A DNA stretch of 29,617 bases from a virus (taxonomy: Duplodnaviria; Caudoviricetes). A model generated the notes under the pieces. That model made no database searches. It was not told the origin of the DNA and worked only from the letters and a program-made list of their open reading frames with translations. The stretch's first letter is position 1, and each line of letters begins with the position of its first letter. Below are positions 26,098 to 29,617 of this stretch, one piece after another. The stretch is taken from positions 1 to 29,617 of the IMG/VR virus record IMGVR_UViG_3300017754_002224. One strand, 5' to 3'. The position numbers were made by a program, and so were the translations under genes.

Positions 26098-27429
26098 TTA
26101 GATTGACCATACAGGAGAATATCTTCCTGTTGTTTTTAAATTTTTTATTTCGTAATACATCCTCATCATTATTGCGTCAGATAAATCGGGAGACTTACCC
26201 AATATCTTTTTCATCTCATCTTTGGAATGTACTGCCACTTTATTATCCTTATCTACATCCTTTAATCTAACACTTAATAATTCTTGTGTCAAGTCATCAA
26301 TAATAGTTGGGTCCAATAAATTTAAACTTATCTTTCCTTCCTTAAACATATCCGCAAGTTTCACATAACATTGGGATTTAAGATTACTGAAGTTTTGGTC
26401 GTGTAACGCTTTGGAGTTGTTAACAAAGTTTGTTCCTTTAATCTGATCCGCTACACCTCCACCAACGCCATCACTATCCACAATTATATTGGATGGATGT
26501 ATTCCGTACTTAGCAATTAACTCCTTAATTTCGGACGATAATTCTGTGGTTGATAGTTTGGTATAGATAAGTATTTCTGTGATCACCATACCCACCCAAA
26601 TACAGATTACGGACCTATCTGTTCCGAACCTTGCTACGTCCACTGACATATACTTCTTATCCTGTGGATTTGGTGTGAACTTATATAACGAATTGGATAT
26701 TAAATCAAAATCAAACAAACTATCCTCCGTACTTTCATAGTTCCAATCACCATCATATAAACGTTTCTTTTGTTTTAATGGTAGTGATTTTAGAATATTA
26801 AGGTAACTCTGTGGTAGATTTGGATTATCCGTTGGTAGTGCTTGGATGAATATCTTGTTTTGTTCTATTGTTCCATTCATTGTTGGTAGATAAAACTCTT
26901 GTTTCAACCAAGATTGTGATGGGTTACAGGACATAAACAGAGTTGGTTTTAGATTTAACTCCTTAATCTTGTAACGTAATAGTGAACGTACCACATCATA
27001 CGCTTGTCTTGACACCTGAGAAACCTCATCTATGAACGCTATTGTTAACTCCAATCCTCCTAATGAATCATAGTTGGGATCTGATGGATTGAATTGTAAA
27101 TCCCTGAATATTATTTCTGAACCATTCCAAAACTTTAATTCATTTGATTGTTGGTTGTAGGTAAAATGTTCTTCAGGTTTGAATCCACACTCTTTTAATA
27201 ATTCCAATAATGTTTTAATTGTAGTAACTCTTAGTTGAGTTAATACTGTACGACCTATGAGTGAACGTATGCCAGGATAAGTAAGAGACATATATATAAC
27301 CCAAACACAACCCAAATAGGATTTTCCACTTCCCTTTGCACCGCCATATAAAACTTCCGTATGAATCTCGTCATTTAAAATCTTGAATGTCTGACTTTGT
27401 TTCTTAGTTAGGTTAAGATTTATTTCCAT
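26098..27429 (-). CDS. terL: terminase large subunit
   Basis: Walker A YGGAKGSGKS, Walker B AFIDE, motif III MSCNP, nuclease DVARFGTDRS and SPDLSDA. Start revised to ATG 27429 (MEINLNL). Confidence 0.93.
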   Translation of the reverse strand: MEINLNLTKKQSQTFKILNDEIHTEVLYGGAKGSGKSYLGCVWVIYMSLTYPGIRSLIGRTVLTQLRVTTIKTLLELLKECGFKPEEHFTYNQQSNELKFWNGSEIIFRDLQFNPSDPNYDSLGGLELTIAFIDEVSQVSRQAYDVVRSLLRYKIKELNLKPTLFMSCNPSQSWLKQEFYLPTMNGTIEQNKIFIQALPTDNPNLPQSYLNILKSLPLKQKKRLYDGDWNYESTEDSLFDFDLISNSLYKFTPNPQDKKYMSVDVARFGTDRSVICIWVGMVITEILIYTKLSTTELSSEIKELIAKYGIHPSNIIVDSDGVGGGVADQIKGTNFVNNSKALHDQNFSNLKSQCYVKLADMFKEGKISLNLLDPTIIDDLTQELLSVRLKDVDKDNKVAVHSKDEMKKILGKSPDLSDAIMMRMYYEIKNLKTTGRYSPVWSI

Positions 27430-28138
27430 ATAAAAATTGATACGCCCATAAGTCTTCAACTTCGTTATTGATGTTGATTTCATTATCCCATCTATCTTGG
27501 TCGTGTGCAATGTCACAATCAACTCTTCCTCTTCTACATCTATCCATCCAATCTTCTCTGGTCTTATTGTGGTAATGGTTTAAGTATGCAACATCCATTG
27601 GTCCGTTGTAATTGAATGGACCTCTGAATACCTTTCCGTCTGTATCCATTGATGGATTAAAACAGTTGTGTGGTAACATAAATCTATTTCCACTATCTCG
27701 TTTAACCATTACTTTGATATGTTCATTTGGACCTGATCCTCTCTTGGTAAACTCTTTGATTAAACTGTTAGATGTTCTTTCCCTCTTTTCTAAATTACCA
27801 AACATATACCAATTGAATGATAGTATTGGATGTTTTGTTCCATACTCTTCTAAGAACTCTTTTACATTATTATGTTTCTTTAATACAAGGAACTCATCAC
27901 AATCAAAGAACGCAGCCCAATCATATTCTGTATCTTTTTCCAAGAATGTATTATATACAGGTAGTTGTATTGATCTTCCATCCCATTCCCTTTTTTCTAA
28001 GAATGGTCTTTCAATATCTGTCCTCCAATCGTTTTGGTACATTATGATTTTATCAAATCCAATCTTATGGTTATAGTCTAACCATTCTTCTAAGTAGTGG
28101 TCTTCCCACTTTGCTACACATACTAAAGCTACTTTCAT
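27413..28138 (-). CDS. glycosyltransferase (GT-A fold; Glyco_tranf_2_4/GT92-like)
   Basis: K.E..YLEEW..Y...IGFD.I..Y.N, DxD motif WAAFFDCDEF, and C-terminal LNHY..K. Confidence 0.8.
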   Translation of the reverse strand: MKVALVCVAKWEDHYLEEWLDYNHKIGFDKIIMYQNDWRTDIERPFLEKREWDGRSIQLPVYNTFLEKDTEYDWAAFFDCDEFLVLKKHNNVKEFLEEYGTKHPILSFNWYMFGNLEKRERTSNSLIKEFTKRGSGPNEHIKVMVKRDSGNRFMLPHNCFNPSMDTDGKVFRGPFNYNGPMDVAYLNHYHNKTREDWMDRCRRGRVDCDIAHDQDRWDNEININNEVEDLWAYQFLYGNKS

Positions 28139-28681
28139 TTATAATCTTTTAATCCAACTTGCGTCTTTATAAAACTTATCAGGACTTCCAAACTTTTCAT
28201 CCACAGCTTGTTTAACTCCCGCCCAAGGACCGATGTAATCGTGACCACCAATAATACCACCTTCTTTAACTAATGGTAAGTAGTTGTCAATATCAATCTT
28301 AACTTGTTCGTAAGTATGAATTCCATCTATGTAGATAAAGTCATATGTCTCACTATTCAGTTCTTTAACTGCTTCATCAGATGTTAATCGTAATGTCTTG
28401 ATGTTTGGGAATGGTGATGTACGTCTTAGATATTCTTCATATACTTCATCAAAGTTAAATTTGGATGTTGGGTCCTCAAGATGATAGTCAGCTTGGAATG
28501 GGTCAATTGCAATTACCTCTTTGAATAATTGTGCAAAGATGATGGTTGACTCACCGATGAATGAACCGATTTCAATCATTCTCATTTCTTTGGTATTACC
28601 CAAATCTTTAATCATTTCAACTAATCCTTCTGATGAAGTCTTGTCCCTCATTATGGACCTGTCTTTGTTAATTGTGTACAT
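28139..28681 (-). CDS. class I SAM-dependent methyltransferase (Methyltransf_24-like)
   Basis: IEIGSFIGES motif I, IAIDPF, FIYIDGIHTYE and GGIIGGHDY. Confidence 0.85.
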   Translation of the reverse strand: MYTINKDRSIMRDKTSSEGLVEMIKDLGNTKEMRMIEIGSFIGESTIIFAQLFKEVIAIDPFQADYHLEDPTSKFNFDEVYEEYLRRTSPFPNIKTLRLTSDEAVKELNSETYDFIYIDGIHTYEQVKIDIDNYLPLVKEGGIIGGHDYIGPWAGVKQAVDEKFGSPDKFYKDASWIKRL

Positions 28682-29255
28682 ACAATATTTTTTCTATTTT
28701 AATTATTTTACCTTCTGTGAATCTTGCTAAGTACTCCTCAACAAAATAATAGTCAGCTTGATTTATGTGTGATTTAAGTCTTAATTTTTGTGCGTTGAAG
28801 GTTCTTGTCATAAAGTTTCCAACGTCGATTTTACCATACTCTATGTCACATTTAACAGGAATATAATCATCGTTTATCCAATTGTGAACCATATTACAGA
28901 ATACAAAGTTGACATCGTCTCTTACACATCCCAAGAAGTTTTCCACAAATGTGGGTGCATAGTAGTTGTCTTCACCTGTCATCACAATCCATTCCTCTGT
29001 TGCTTTTTCTAATCCGTAGTTTCTTGGTGTGTGACCCCAATCATTATATCGTTTGTCTAATACTGAGAACTTAATCCTGTGGTCATCCTCATAATACATT
29101 GCAATCCAAGATAGTTTCTCTTTTACTTCTTCAGGTGGACAGTCTGCTACAACGTGGATGGTCCAATTGGGATTAGTCTGTGCAACAATTGAACTGATTG
29201 TAGCCATTAACATCTCAGTTCTTTCATAGGTTGGTATTACGAATTCTATTTTCAT
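28668..29255 (-). CDS. glycosyltransferase family 2
   Basis: FVIPTYER N-terminus, AQTNPNW..HVVAD, RNYGL, GEDN (DxD-like) and C-terminal LYVHN. Confidence 0.8.
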   Translation of the reverse strand: MKIEFVIPTYERTEMLMATISSIVAQTNPNWTIHVVADCPPEEVKEKLSWIAMYYEDDHRIKFSVLDKRYNDWGHTPRNYGLEKATEEWIVMTGEDNYYAPTFVENFLGCVRDDVNFVFCNMVHNWINDDYIPVKCDIEYGKIDVGNFMTRTFNAQKLRLKSHINQADYYFVEEYLARFTEGKIIKIEKILYVHN

Positions 29256-29488
29256 ATATATATTTTTCTAACTATTCCTCTCTTTCTTCCTCTTCGTTGA
29301 CAACCACAAGAGATTGTGTTTCCGTGTCTAACGTTGTGTATCATTATTTCTTTTGTGTTCCCACAATCACATTCAAACATTCCGTACTTAATCTTCTTCC
29401 ATTCCTTATCAAATTTAATTGTGGACTCTTCCAAAAATGTTAGGTGATTGTACTTGTCACCTGGTTTTATACTCAAGGGTTTACTCAT
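29252..29488 (-). CDS. small CDCG/SCGC Zn-binding protein (N-terminal module of phage HNH/AP2 homing endonucleases, no nuclease)
   Basis: GDKYNHLT...FECDCGN.K......GNTISCGC followed by a basic tail. Confidence 0.7.
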   Translation of the reverse strand: MSKPLSIKPGDKYNHLTFLEESTIKFDKEWKKIKYGMFECDCGNTKEIMIHNVRHGNTISCGCQRRGRKRGIVRKIYI

Positions 29489-29528
29489 TTACGAAGTTTT
29501 TTACTTAGAATATAACAAAAAAAAAGGG

Positions 29529-29617
29529 TTAATCAAAGTTGATATTAATCTTAATTGGTTCCCCTCCTGATGTGATGTCCACCTTCTGTGGTGCATCCAA
29601 TCCGTATATCTTACTCA
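29529..29617 (-). CDS. terS: terminase small subunit, C-terminal end (partial)
   Basis: Manual translation ...SKIYGLDAPQKVDITSGGEPIKININFD*, a typical TerS C-terminal strand, located upstream of terL. Confidence 0.6.
   Translation of the reverse strand, partial: SKIYGLDAPQKVDITSGGEPIKININFD

Noticed and set aside
4609-29443. Numerous plus-strand ORFs (e.g. 12126-12554, 21123-21461, 27612-28076) and alternative-frame minus ORFs (4634-4816, 16907-17137, 23790-24014)
   Set aside because: Shadows of well-supported genes, caused by codon bias or repeats, with no start context or motifs.
1-29617. Stop-codon reassignment (no TAG stops noted among the called genes)
   Set aside because: Genes are full-length and densely packed under the standard code, with no fragmentation at TAG or TGA. 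TAA preference is expected at low GC.

Overview
A 29.6 kb AT-rich fragment of a tailed dsDNA phage (siphovirus-like), most likely infecting Bacteroidota. The host call rests on TAnnTTTG -7 promoter boxes, A-rich starts without Shine-Dalgarno motifs and an XkdF-type head module. Positions ~190-2912 (+) hold a small early/accessory block: hypothetical genes, an AAA ATPase and a nuclease-less NUMOD3/NUMOD1 protein. Positions 3042-29617 (-) hold an apparently complete morphogenesis region in transcription order: TerS (partial), CDCG/SCGC mini-protein, GT2 glycosyltransferase, class I methyltransferase, GT2_4/GT92-like glycosyltransferase, TerL, tail chaperone with a -1 frameshift, tandem-duplicated tail-terminator-like protein, Gly-Thr-Ser collagen-like fibre, neck protein, tail-tip proteins, tape measure, small basic YRxQGR protein, modular prohead protease, scaffold, major capsid, tail tube, head closure, portal, adaptor, holin-like protein and small Cys-motif proteins. 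The best leads are: (1) a candidate virion glycosylation system, with glyco-enzymes between TerS and TerL and a recurring [S/T]-G-x-T motif concentrated in outward-facing virion proteins; (2) a putative sRNA at ~572-692 displaying anti-start-codon (CAU) segments, one perfectly complementary to the start of the neighbouring gene; (3) a copy of the capsid N-terminus inside the protease and a recurring acidic-x-Phe boundary motif suggesting polyprotein processing; (4) a displaced G/GT frameshift with long dual coding. All calls come from reading motifs by eye; no database searches were run and all counts are manual.
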